The notes below the pieces were generated by a model. It had not been told where the DNA came from, made no database searches, and worked only from the letters and a program-made list of their open reading frames with translations. Below are positions 12,345 to 23,604 of a stretch of 64,000 bases of DNA, in pieces (position 1 is the stretch's first letter; every line of letters begins with the position of its first letter). The translations under genes and the position numbers were made by a program. The stretch is from Pholidichthys leucotaenia (Eukaryota). The stretch spans positions 202,779,081-202,843,080 of the forward strand of contig CM035846.1 of assembly GCA_020510985.1 (NCBI GenBank). The letters are read 5' to 3'.

Positions 12345-14838
12345 ACCTCGCGAACACTGCCTTCAGCTTTAAGATCATCTGAGAAGCAGTGGTTACTGGC
12401 AGATGAAGTATCTCGAGGAACCGAGAGAAATAGTCTGACACAACAAGGTAGGTGTGCTTGTTATGCTCACACAGGTCAACAGCAAGTCTCTTCCGGGGTC
12501 GATCAGGTAGAGGGGTTGACAAGAGAGGCTCTTTTCGCTGAGCTGGTCTCATCTCACGACACACCTGACAGGACTGGACTTTGCGTTTGATTTCAGATGA
12601 GATGCCAGGCCACCACACAGATGTGCAGGCCCGCTCTCTGCATTTTGTCAGACCTTGATGTCCATCATGTATTCGATCCAAGATGTCTGCTCTGAGCACA
12701 TCCGGAATCAGCATGCGGCTTCCTCTGGTGATAATTCCATCGCATTCAGACAGTTCATTTTTAATGGGAAAATAGTCTCTGATAGCTGCTGGGACATTGC
12801 CTATGTATTCTGGCCATCCTGACTTGATGTACCACAACACCAACTGTAGGTTACAGTCAGCTGCTGTAGCAGTCTTTATGGTGTCTATTTTCCTTAGATA
12901 GTTAAACATGCCCAGGACACGCTTGAGGTCATGCACGTTCTGTGGTGGAGGGAGCCCGCGGATTGCCTTGACTTTATCAGGGTCGGGTCTCACGCCTGAT
13001 TTGTCAATTTCTTGGCCCAAGAAGTGAAGCTTGTTTTGTCTAAACTTACATTTTTCTCTGTTCAGTTTAAGTCCGGCTGACTCGATCCTTTCCAGTACCT
13101 TGCTGAGACGCTGGTCGTGCTGTTCAGGAGTGTCGCCGTACACCAGTATGTCATCCATGTAGATAGCCACGCCTTCCAGGCCGTTGAGGGTTTCTGTCAT
13201 TTTGCGCTGAAAAATTTCAGGAGCGCTTGTGATCCCAAATGGAAGACGTTTGAATGCATATCTCCCAAAGGGTGTGATAAAGGTTGTTAATTTACTGCTT
13301 TCTGGATGGAGAGGAATCTGCCAAAACCCGGAGGCAGCATCCAATGATGTGAATGTGGTTGCTCCACTAAGTTTTGCAGTGATTTCCTCTGCAGTAGGGA
13401 GAACATACCTCTCTCTTCGTACAGCTTCATTTAACCTCTTTAAATCGACACAGATCCGCACTTTTCCATTTTTCCTTGGGACTGGCACCATTGGCGCGCA
13501 CCAATCTGTAGGATCAATCACAGCTTCAATCACATTATTATCCTCCATACGCTGCAATTCCTCTTTAACCTTCTGCAAAAGTGGCAAAGGTACACGACGG
13601 GCAGTGTGCACTGTGTATGGCTGAGCATTCTCTTTTAACAGGATTTTAACTGGTTCTGTTTTAAGTGTTCCATGTTCACCAAATGCTTTGTGTACTTCTT
13701 CAACACGCTTCACAAGCCCCATCGACATTGCTGTATCTCTGCCCAGCAAATTGTTTGCATTATTGCCACTGATGACATACACAGGAAAAGTATATGGTTT
13801 TTCTTTGTATTCTGTGAAGGCTTGAAATTTTCCTATACAGTCCAACTGACCACCCGGGCTGCACAGTGTGACATTAGATGGCTCTAATTCCTTCTTAGGA
13901 ACTAGTTCGTTAAATGTCTTTTGTCCCATAATGTTTGTATCTGCACCCGTATCAATTTTAAAATTGACTGGTGTTGTTCCAATTGTAAGCTGTATGGTCC
14001 ATGGGTCATCATTTCTGTCTGTTTTTATGACTGCGCCCAAAAAAAATGGTGTCTGGGAAACTGTCTCTTCAGTGACTTCTCTGACTGATTTACTGTGACA
14101 TTTCTTTTCCCAGTGACCCACCTTTTTACACTTGTTGCATGTTGACTTCATGGCTGGGCACTTTTCAGGATCTCTGTGTTTTAATTTTCCACATCTTCCA
14201 CACCATGAGTCTTTTTGCTCTCCACTTTTTCCTTTCCTTGGTTTAAATGGAGATCTTCCTCTGCCTGCTGCTTTTTCCTGGATCTCCTGCACCGTGGCGT
14301 GTGCCTCCCCCTGCTGGTGAACCTGGAGGACAACCTCCTCGTACTGGCGAACTGTTTGAATGGTTTGGGCAAGCGTTAGATCAGCCATCATCTGCAGTTT
14401 ACGTGACAGCTCTTTATCAAGGATGCCCACAACAATTCGGTCACGGATATGTTCATCTCTCTTTACACCAAAGTCACAGTGTTCTGACATCTCAAAAAGG
14501 GCTCTGATAAACATTTCCACTTTCTCACCGGGCCGCTGCAGCCTCTGGTGAAAACAAGCGCGCTCATGGATCACGTTCCGTTTGGGACAGAAGTACTCGT
14601 CGTATTTTCCTAACACAACGTCAAACTTCTTTTGATCCGCTTCCTCAGTAAATGAGAATGATTTCAAGATGTTTTCAGCTTCGGGGCCCATGGCGTAAAT
14701 CAGTGAACTGACCTGAATTTCGCCGTCCTCTTTATTCAGTTTTGTAGCCATCCGGAAACGCAGAAAGCGCTCTTTCCAGCCCGCCCATTCATTTGGACGA
14801 TGAAAAGGAAAACTTTCCGGGGGATTAAACTTGGCCAT
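12283..14838 (-). CDS. gypsy Gag-Pol polyprotein (851 aa: CCHC knuckle, D-T/S-G protease, RT YxDD, RNaseH, integrase HHCC N-term)
   Basis: ORF content: CGRCGKLKHRDPEKC, IDTGADTN, YMDDILVYG, integrase zinc finger HDGHQGLTKCRERACTSVWW. Confidence 0.85.
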   Translation of the reverse strand: MAKFNPPESFPFHRPNEWAGWKERFLRFRMATKLNKEDGEIQVSSLIYAMGPEAENILKSFSFTEEADQKKFDVVLGKYDEYFCPKRNVIHERACFHQRLQRPGEKVEMFIRALFEMSEHCDFGVKRDEHIRDRIVVGILDKELSRKLQMMADLTLAQTIQTVRQYEEVVLQVHQQGEAHATVQEIQEKAAGRGRSPFKPRKGKSGEQKDSWCGRCGKLKHRDPEKCPAMKSTCNKCKKVGHWEKKCHSKSVREVTEETVSQTPFFLGAVIKTDRNDDPWTIQLTIGTTPVNFKIDTGADTNIMGQKTFNELVPKKELEPSNVTLCSPGGQLDCIGKFQAFTEYKEKPYTFPVYVISGNNANNLLGRDTAMSMGLVKRVEEVHKAFGEHGTLKTEPVKILLKENAQPYTVHTARRVPLPLLQKVKEELQRMEDNNVIEAVIDPTDWCAPMVPVPRKNGKVRICVDLKRLNEAVRRERYVLPTAEEITAKLSGATTFTSLDAASGFWQIPLHPESSKLTTFITPFGRYAFKRLPFGITSAPEIFQRKMTETLNGLEGVAIYMDDILVYGDTPEQHDQRLSKVLERIESAGLKLNREKCKFRQNKLHFLGQEIDKSGVRPDPDKVKAIRGLPPPQNVHDLKRVLGMFNYLRKIDTIKTATAADCNLQLVLWYIKSGWPEYIGNVPAAIRDYFPIKNELSECDGIITRGSRMLIPDVLRADILDRIHDGHQGLTKCRERACTSVWWPGISSEIKRKVQSCQVCREMRPAQRKEPLLSTPLPDRPRKRLAVDLCEHNKHTYLVVSDYFSRFLEILHLPVTTASQMILKLKAVFARFGCPDVVVSDNGPQFSCQEF

Positions 14839-17800
14839 CTTACTGAAGCAGAGCGTCCGTCAAGCACTTCTGACACCATGTAAAGAACTGAGGTCCACAC
14901 GAATAGTGGTTTCAACAAAGTTCTCTTTTAAAACTAGGAGCGGGAACATTAACAGGCGGCAACATCAACACATCGCCATTTTCATCTCATATCACTCGGT
15001 GAAGGTCAACTCTGACCTGTGACGTCACCACAGTCTTAAAGGCACAGCACATATAAATATCACATTATATGACAGGACCCGTGTTCCTTTCTGGAAAAGT
15101 GGATTCCGGAGGCGCTGGGCAGTGCGGAGCTGCGGCCGGCGGTGGTTTTGGAGGGCGCGCATCGTATTGGCCCACGGAGAGATAAGGGACCACCGAGGAC
15201 CTTAATTATGAAGTTTGTCAGCAACAGAGACAGGATGAAGATCTTCAACGCAGCACGAGCTAAAGGAGAGATTAAACACCAGGATCAGCAGGTGCGGTTC
15301 TACCCAGATTGGGCCACAGGAATCCAACAATTGAGGAAGCAGTATGATCCCGTACGTAAGGAGCTGCGCAACCTTGGGATTCGTCATGGTGTAATCTATC
15401 CTGCGAGACTGCTGACCACGTATGGGGGCAGAACCCACATCTTCAAGACCCCAGAGGAGGCGCAGGAGTTTATCAAGAAGATCCAAGAAGAAGAGACTGG
15501 TGGGAGCTAAGCATAAACAAAATATAAGGTAGAATATTTAAGCATTTGCACAGGCATCTGACTGACTTGAAGCAAATAGCAAGTTTACAAAATATAGATT
15601 GCATTATATAATTAAAAAAAAAAAACTATGATGTACAAAGTTGCTAAAAATTTTGGAGTTAAGTTGGAAAACTACAGAGGAGAGTTAATGTTACGTCATT
15701 AAAAGCAGTAGAGTTAGGGTGATTGGGAGGATGAAGGAGTGGCTTAGGCTGATCCTCGTGGATGTGGAGCAGTCGATGGCTATATCGGGAGACGGAATTT
15801 TTCTTTTGATTTTGGGGGGTTTGCCACAAGTGTGGGAAGGGGGAATTTGTTTGTGTGTAGTTTGTAGGATGAATGTTCAACCACTCATTTTTTTGCTTCT
15901 CTGTATGAGCATGTTTACACTGCAAGGTAATCCCAAACTCCCTATTGATCATAAACCAAAGCGTTAATCTTAATTTAACTTCATGGAATTGCAGAGGTCT
16001 ACAAAATTTAAAAAAACTTAAACAAGTTATGAATAAAATAAAAGACATGGGTTCAAAAATTGTGTTTTTACAAGAAACTCATCTAATAGAGGAGGATGCA
16101 AAAAGAATTAGGAGTAGATGGCAAGGAAGTGTTTTCACCTCATCATTTTCATCCCGAGCCAGGGGAGTTATGACTCTCATACATAAATCAGTCCCTTTTC
16201 AAGTGAAAAATGTAATTGGAGACAAATTTGGAAGATATGTAATCATTCAAGGATCTTTGCTATTAGAAAATAGCAAAGATCCTATATGGTGAACCTATAT
16301 GGTCCCAATACAGATGATCAAAAGTTCTTTGCTAATTTATTTCTTATCTTATCATCACTTACAGGGCAACATATAATAGCAGGGGATTTTAATTGTACAT
16401 TGAATCCCGGTATAGATAGATCAACAGGACTGGACTGTACGCACAATGGATGTAGGATGACCATTAATCATTTTATGAAAGAATTGAGATTGCTAGATAT
16501 ATGGAGAGAAATGAAACCACAAGTCAAAGCCTACTCTTGTTATTCCAGTACCTACAAGACATTCTCACGTATTGATTATTTTTTTATTTCCACAGAATTA
16601 AGGTCCAAGATTCAAAACTGCTTTTATGATAACATCGTGATCTCTGATCATGCACCCTGCTGTATTTAGTATATGTAGATAAGAAATTGACAAAGGAATC
16701 AGGTAGATGGCAATTTCAGCATAAATGGCTTCAGGATGAGGAATTTGTCAAGTACATAGAAAAACAGATGAGTTCTTTGATATCAATACTACACAAACAT
16801 CAGCATGTGTAAAGTGGGAGGCTTTCAAAGCTTTTATTAGGGGACATATTATTAGTTATACATGTTCAAAATCTAAGAAGACTCGAGAGGAGAGAGCCCA
16901 ATTGGAACATAAAATAAAAAATCTTCAGGAAAAAGTGTATGCAGGAAGTGATCCAAGGTTGGAGAATGAATTACTGATTTTGAGAGCTGAATACGACAAA
17001 AAATCAGCGAATAGAGCTGCCTCGAGTCTTCTAAGATTGAAACAATCTTTTTATGAACAAGGTGAAAAATCAGGAAAATTATTGGCATGGCAGATTAAAC
17101 AATTAGAAATTAAAACACCAATTACCAGTATTATAAGTAACGGACAGGTAGTTATAGATCCTTTAGAAATTAACAGAGCCTTTAGAGATTACTATGAAAA
17201 ATTATATACCAAAAATGAATCTGATTTAACAAAACTAAATGGGTTTTTGAACGAACTATCTATACCTTGTATTCCAAATGAAAACAGGGAGATATTGGAG
17301 TCTAAAATTAGTCAAGAAGAAGTTGGGCTAGCCATTGATAATATGAAATCAGGAAAAAGTGCAGGACCAGATGGTCTTCCAGTTGACTTTTATAAAAAAT
17401 TTAAGAATAAATTAATAAAACCTTTTTTGGAAATGGTTTTAGAAGCATTTCAAAATAATAATTTACCATCATACATGAATAATGCCTTAATTATACTGTT
17501 GCCAAAACCAGGTAAGCCCTCTAATAAATGTGAAAATATGAGACCAATAAGCCTATTAAATGCCGACCTTAAGATAATCTGTGAAATTTTAGCAAGACGA
17601 ATACAAGAAATTTTACCAAATGTTATTAATCGAGATCAGAATGGCTTTATAAAGGGAAGACAAGGCTTCCATAATGTAAGAAGACTATTTAATATTATTT
17701 ATTTTAATAAAGAAGCACCGGATACAGCTGTCCTATCACTGGACGCCGAAAAGGCCTTTGATAGAGTCGAATGGCCCTTTCTTTTTGAAGTCTTACAAAG

Positions 17801-19039
17801 GTTTGGACTTGGAAATAATTTCATAAAATGGGTTCAGATAATATACAATAATGCTACAGCAGAAATCCTAACAAATAACAATATTTCAAAATCAATAAAA
17901 ATCAATAGAGGATGTCGACAAGGCTGTCCACTTTCACCTTTACTGTTTACTATGGCAATTGAACCTTTAGCGATGGCGATACGTTTACATTCACAAATAT
18001 ATGGAATTAAAGTTGGACCAACAGAACATAAAATCTCCCTGTACGCCGATGACATAATTTTGTTTATGTCGAATCTAAAAAAATCAATTCCGACCTTGTT
18101 GAATTTAATAAAGAATTTTGGGGAAATATCAGGATATAAAATAAATAAAACTAAATCTTCAATATTAATGCTAAATGAGACCCAGAGAAATTACCCAGAC
18201 CCTGAGGTAAATCAATTCAACGTTGTAAATCAGTTTAAATATTTAGGAATCCAAATTGTGCCTAAGCTAGAATCAGTCGCCAGTGTCAACTATGAAGCCT
18301 TAATGACAGATATCAATGAGTCAATTCAGAGATGGATGTCACTACCAATGTCGATGATCGGGAGAATCAATATACTTAAAAGTAATATTTTACCTAAAAT
18401 ACTTTATTTCAATACATTCCCTTACCACCACCTTTAGATTTATTCTCAAGAATTAAAAAAAAGTTAGTGGAATTTATATGGAACAACAGGAGGGCTAGAT
18501 TACGTCTGTCTTTATTATATTTACCATTTGATCGTGGAGGTCTGAAATGTCCAAATTTTATGTTGTATTATTGGTCGGCACAACTGAGGTCTATGACATA
18601 TTATTTTTCATTAAATGATCTCCCTCACTGGACTGAAATGGAATCATACAATTTACCTTTACCTCTTCCCATATTCATATACTCAGATTCGGCAAAAAAA
18701 TTACAAAAACAAGTTAAAAATCCATTTGTAAAGCATATGATCAAAATATGGTGTGAAGCTAAAAATTATTTAAAAGAACCACAGTTATTGTCACCATTTT
18801 GCCCAATATGGGGTAATCAATATTTTAAACCAGGAAGAGCGGACGCTGTATTTAAAGTATGGAATTCAAAAGGGATTCAAAAGATTCAAGATTTATATTT
18901 GCCATGTGCAGATAACATAACTCTCTAAAGCACTCTAAAGGACTGTTTTGAAGCCACCGCCTAGAAGCAGCTCTGCGATCCACATGGTGAGGACATCGAT
19001 GGCCTCATTCACACCTTCACGGGCTACCTCAGCTTCTGT

Positions 19040-20922
19040 GTGGACAAATCCGTTCCCACCAAGACCATACGGCGTCACTCAAACAACAAACACTGGATCA
19101 ACCCTGAGATAAAAACACTTCTGAGAGAGAAGAAGAGGATCTTCAGGTCGGGGAACAGGGAGATGCTGAAGTCCGTACAGAGGGAGCTGAGGAGAAAGAT
19201 CAGAGAAGGCAAGGACAGCTTCAGGAAGAAGATGGAGGACAAGCTGCAACAGAGCGACATCAGCGGGGTCTGGAGAAACCTCAAAACCATCTCGGGGCTC
19301 CAGAATACCTCCCCCCAGGCCACGGGGGGCAGGGAGTGGGCGAACAACCTGAATCTATTTTACAATAGATTTGACCAACCGCCCTCCCCCCTGTCTGCAC
19401 AACAACCACTGCTGCCTCTAAAGAAATCAAGTCCTGCTGCCCACTCCCCACTCCACCAACACCCCCCCACTCCCAACACACAGCCCCCCATCCTGACCCT
19501 GACCGAGACCCAGGTGAGGACGGAGCTGAGGAAGATCAAAGCGAGGAAGGCGCCGGGACCGGACGGCATCAGCGCAAAGCTCCTCAAGTCCTGTGCAGAC
19601 CAGCTGTGTGGGATTGTGACGTACAGTATATCTTCAACATGAGCCTGAAACTGGGGAGGGTACCACAGCTGTGGAAAACATCTTGTGTGGTACCTGTACC
19701 AAAGACTTCCCACCCCAAAGACCTGAACAGCTACAGACCGGTGGCCTTGACGTCCCACTTGATGAAGACCCTGGAGAGACTGCTCCTTGCTCACCTCCGC
19801 CCCCTGGTGGAACCAGCGATGGATCCACTCCAGTTCGCCTACCAGCATGGCATTGGGGTGGAGGATGCGGTGATCTTCCTCCTTCACCGTTCTCTGTCCC
19901 ACCTGGAGAAGCCCGGGAATATGGTGAGGATCATGTTCTTTGACTTCTCCAGTGCTTTCAACACCATCCAACCGATGATCCTGAAGGACAAGCTGCTGCG
20001 AGCAGGGGTGGACCAGCACCTGTCATCATGGATCCTGGACTACCTCACGAACCGGCCTCAGTTTGTGAGAACCCGGGACTGTGTGTCCGACACGATCATC
20101 AGTAGCACGGGGGCCCCCCAGGGAACGGTGCTGGCTCCCTTCCTGTTCACTCTTTATACTGCAGACTTCTCATACAACACAACACACTGCCATCTACAGA
20201 AGTTCTCTGATGACTCTGCGATCGTTGGCCTCATCTCCAATGGAGATGAAGCTGAGTACAGAGGGCTTATCCAGGACTTCGTGGACTGGTGCCATCGGAA
20301 CTGCCTCCAGATCAACGCGAGGAAAACTAAGGAGCTGGTGGTGGACTGCTGCAGGCATGGGCAGCCCCTCACAGCACCAGTAAATATACAGGGAACAGAC
20401 ATCGAGATGGTGACATCCTATAAGTACCTGGGTGTTCATCTGAACAATAAACTAGACTGGTCACACAATACTGACGCACTCTACAAGAAGGGACAGCGCA
20501 GGCTGTTCCTGCTGAGGAGACTCAGGTCTTTTGGTGTACAAGGGGCGCTGCTGAAGTCATTCTATGACACGGTGGTGGCATCAGCCATCACTTTTGGAGT
20601 GGTCTGCTGGGGCAGTGGCATTACTGCAGCCGATAGGAAGAGACTGAACAAACTGATTAAGAAAGCTAGCTCTGTCCTGGGGCAGCGCCTTGATCCGATG
20701 GAGGAGATAGGAGAGAGAAGGACGGTGGCTAAACTGTCATCTCTGCTGGAGTCCGAGTTCCACCCTATGCGGGACATACTGGATGCACTGAGGAGCTCAT
20801 TTAGCAGCAGACTACATCATCCCAGGTGCACAACCGAGAGGTTTCGTAGGTCCTTCCTACCAACGGCTGTCAGACTGTACAACCTAAGCAGGGCTGCTCG
20901 CAGAGATAGCAAAAAGACGTAA
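19040..20922 (+). pseudogene. L2-A ORF2 (post-endonuclease linker + RT + C-terminal domain), one frameshift at ~19610-19640
   Basis: KHWINPEIKTLLREKKRIFRSGN..., RT motifs PGPDGI / FFDFSSAFNTIQP / QGTVLAPFLF / FSDDSAIV. Confidence 0.85.
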
Positions 20923-21089
20923 CAAACTAATAGTTTTTTGACTGCAAAAGATGCAATAGACTTACACAATGGTCCCCTCCGGCATACAACTAGGAACATA
21001 CCGGTCGCTATGGAGGGTGAGAATATGTATGGGCACATAATCATACCATGTAGGATAACTAAGTAGACGGTTATGCTGTTTCATCCCAT

Positions 21090-21410
21090 CTAGCAACAAT
21101 GCTCTGCACTGTGTGTGTTTATATATTTACATATTTATTCCATCTAGCTACAATGCTCCGCACTGTGTTTTTATATATCTACATATTATTCCATCTAGCT
21201 ACATTGCTCCGCACTGTGTGTGTTTATATACTTGCATATTTATTCCACCTAGCTGCAATGCTCCGTACTGTGGGTGTTTATATATTTACATATTTATTCC
21301 ATCTAGCTACAATGCTCTGCACTGTGTGTTCATATACTCATATATTTATTCCATCCAGCTACAATGCTCTGCACTGTGTGTCTGTGTGTGTGTGTGTATA
21401 TATTTATTTT
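21090..21410. repeat. Minisatellite: ~5.5 tandem copies of a ~60-bp unit (tattccatctagctacaatgctc[ct]gcactgtgtgtgtttatatatttacatat) followed by (gt)n, inside L2-A 3'UTR
   Basis: Direct reading; other L2-A copies (220..300, 8240..8300, 46540..46575) contain only one unit. Confidence 0.8.
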
Positions 21411-22631
21411 ATAGTAATATGTACATATGTATATTAGCCGCTCTTGCTTGCTTGTTTTTTTCTTGCCTTCTGATTGTTGCTCTGAGTGTTGCTATCCCTG
21501 TGCTGTTGCAATCCTGGAATTTCCCCGTTGTGGGACTAATAAAGGCTTATCTTATCTTATAATGTCTTTTGAAGAGCTGAGGGTCAAATTTAATCTTAAT
21601 AGAACACATTTCTTTAAATATCTTCAACTTAGAAACTTTATTCGATCAAATCAAAATAAAGCTCTCACTCGACCTATTTATTCATCCTTGGAAAAAATGT
21701 TGATCAAAGATAGTAAAAGAAAGGGTATTATTTCAGAGTTTTATAACTCATTGACACTATCCTCAAGTGAAAATTCACAGAAAAGATTAAACTACTGGAA
21801 AGAAGATCTGCAAATTGAAATTTCAGAGGAACAATGGGAATTGGCTTGTACAGAAGCCCAAACCAAATCAATAAATGTACGTCTTAAATTGATACATTTC
21901 AAATGGTTAATGCGGATGTATGTTACACCGGAGGAGTTAAATAGATATAACAAAAATATACCAGATACATGCACAAAATGCATGGAAAGTAAAGGAACCC
22001 TATTTCATTGTGTATGGGAATGTAGAATAATAAGAATGTTTTGGGAAGAGGTGAGGGTAACAATTGAAAAAATAATCTCAAAACAAATCATTTTGAATCC
22101 TAAACTGTTTTTGTTGGGTCTGTACCCAGAAAAGCATAACTTTAATAAAAGTGAAAGAACATTCATAGACCTCAGTTTGCTTCATGCCAAAAAATGTATT
22201 GCACTACTGTGGAAAAAGACTCATAGACCAGATGTGACTCAGTGGTTAAGACAGATGTTAACAAACCTTCCATTAGAAAGAGTAACATATATACTGAAAT
22301 CAAAGGAAATTGTGTTTGAGAATATATGGAGACCTTTTATTGATCATGTAAAAAATTTAAACATAACTCTTGAAGAAGAAGGTGAATGATGTGTGTGGAC
22401 CTTGTAAATTCCAAACTGGTGAACATAATATGTATACTTATGTAATGGATTGTCTAGACTAAACAGAGGAGCATTGTTGAAGACTTGATTTTGTTGGTGG
22501 TTGTTGGTGTTTTTAGTGCATTTTTTTTTTTTTGTAGTACTTTAGTGTTAGTGTTTGTTTGTGTCATGTTTGTTTAAAAAAAAAAAGGTTCAATAAAGAT
22601 ATTGTGGGGAAAAAAAAAAAATCCCAGAACC

Positions 22632-23385
22632 ACACGGGGACCTAGTGAATGACCTGCAGTGAGCTGGGACCATAGTAACAAAGGCTACCATCAGTAACGC
22701 ACTACGCCGCCAGGGACTCAAATCCTGCAGTGCCAGACGTGTCCCCCTGCTTAAGCCAGTACATGTCCAGGCCCACCTGAAGTTTGCTTGAGAGCATTTG
22801 GATGATCCAGAAGAGGATTGGGAGAATGTCATTTGGTCAGATGAAACCAAAATAGAACTTTATTGTAAAAACTCAACTTGTTGTGTTTGGAGGAGAAAGA
22901 ACGCCATACCTACTGTGAAGCATGGGGGTGGAAACATCATGCTTTGGGGCTGTTTTTCTGCAAAGGGACCAGGACAACTGATCCGTGTAAAGGAAAGAAT
23001 GAATGGGGCCATGTATCGCGAGATTTTGAGTGAAAACCTCCTTCCATCAGCAAGGGCATTGAAGATGAAACGTGGCTGGGTCTTTCAGCATGACAATGAT
23101 CCCAAACACACTGCCCGGGCAACGAAGGAGTGGCTTTGTAAGAAGCATTTCAAGGTCCTGGAGTGGCCTAGCCAGTCTCCAGATCTCAACCCCATAGAAA
23201 ATCTTTGGAGGGAGTTGAAAGTCCATGTTGCTCAGCGACAGCTCCAAAACATCACTGCTCTAGAGGAGATCTGCATGGAGGAATGGGCCAAAATACCAGC
23301 AACAGTGTGTGAAAACCTTGTGAAGACGTACAGAAAACGTTTGACCTCTGTCATTGCCAACAAAGGGTATATAACAAAGTATTGA
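22632..23385 (+). pseudogene. Tc1 transposase C-terminal DDE part (continuation of 10388..10625)
   Basis: ORF 22798..23385: [10 protein letters not shown]...[14 protein letters not shown]...QHDNDPKHT...[16 protein letters not shown]. Confidence 0.8.
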
Positions 23386-23604
23386 GATTAAGTTTTGTTA
23401 TTGACCAAATACTTATTTTACCGAGGAATTTACCAATTAATTCATTAAAAATCCTTCAATGTGATTTTCTGGATTTTTTTTTTTTCCTCATTTTGTCTCT
23501 CATAGTTGAGGTATACCTATGATGAAAACTGGAGACCTCTCATCTTTTAAGTGGGAGAACTTGCACAATTGGTGGCTGACTAAATACTTTTTTGCCCCAC
23601 TGTA

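Larger units (their letters stand above)
11204..15074 (-). mobile_element. Ty3/gypsy LTR retrotransposon (gag-CCHC, PR, RT, RNaseH, IN), 196-bp LTRs, 5-bp TSD GGACC
   Basis: Identical-length direct repeats 11204..11399 and 14879..15074 beginning TG and ending CA; flanks caGGACC|..|GGACCcgtg; insertion site is unoccupied in L1 copy #2. Confidence 0.9.
10857..15510 (+). pseudogene. L1 ORF1 (coiled-coil + RRM-like), split by gypsy insertion (10857..11203 + 15075..15510) and frameshifted near 11100
   Basis: Co-linear with intact ORF1 40283..41209 (..AAMSSMRADFSSRFDGIM.. / ..HRIGPRRDKGPPRTLIMKF..). Confidence 0.85.
18921..21560 (+). mobile_element. CR1/L2-clade LINE ('L2-A') 5'-truncated copy inserted in L1 ORF2
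   Basis: L1 sequence ..gcagataacataa|..insert..cttatcttat|aatgtctttt is contiguous in copy #2 (44635..44645); ORFs 19040..19642 + 19606..20922 encode L2-type linker + RT; 3'UTR with (cttat)n tail. Confidence 0.9.
15945..22389 (+). pseudogene. L1 ORF2 (APE endonuclease 15945..16669, RT 16902..18437, C-terminal 18467..18920 + 21563..22389), interrupted by L2 insertion and frameshifts
   Basis: Co-linear with ORF2 of copy #2 (41662..45467); frameshifts at ~16290, ~16670-16900, ~18440. Confidence 0.85.
10624..22620 (+). mobile_element. L1-like LINE copy #1 (5'UTR, ORF1, ORF2 with APE endonuclease + RT, 3'UTR, poly(A)), carrying two nested insertions
   Basis: TSD atcccagaacc (10613..10623 and 22621..22631), poly(A) 22611..22620; 97%-like paralog of 40193..45695. 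Confidence 0.9.
10063..23602 (+). mobile_element. Tc1-like DNA transposon #3, split by a 12-kb L1 insertion; left TIR truncated by ~55 bp
   Basis: Left TIR remnant 10063..10200 is reverse complement of right TIR 23400..23602 (ends ..ccccactg TA); transposase HTH N-term ORF 10300..10509 continues exactly at 22632 (C-term DDE ORF 22798..23385) across the L1 TSD atcccagaacc. Confidence 0.85.

Noticed and set aside
21090-21410. Possible CRISPR-like array (regular direct repeats)
   Set aside because: This is a eukaryotic sequence, the units are ~60 bp in pure tandem without unique spacers, and the array is embedded in a LINE 3'UTR. It is a minisatellite.
21099-21562. ORFs 21099..21437 and 21113..21562 (MLCTVCVYIFTYLFHLATMLRTV..)
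   Set aside because: They are translations of the tandem 60-bp minisatellite and L2 3'UTR. The periodic amino-acid repeats mirror the DNA repeat, so these are not coding.
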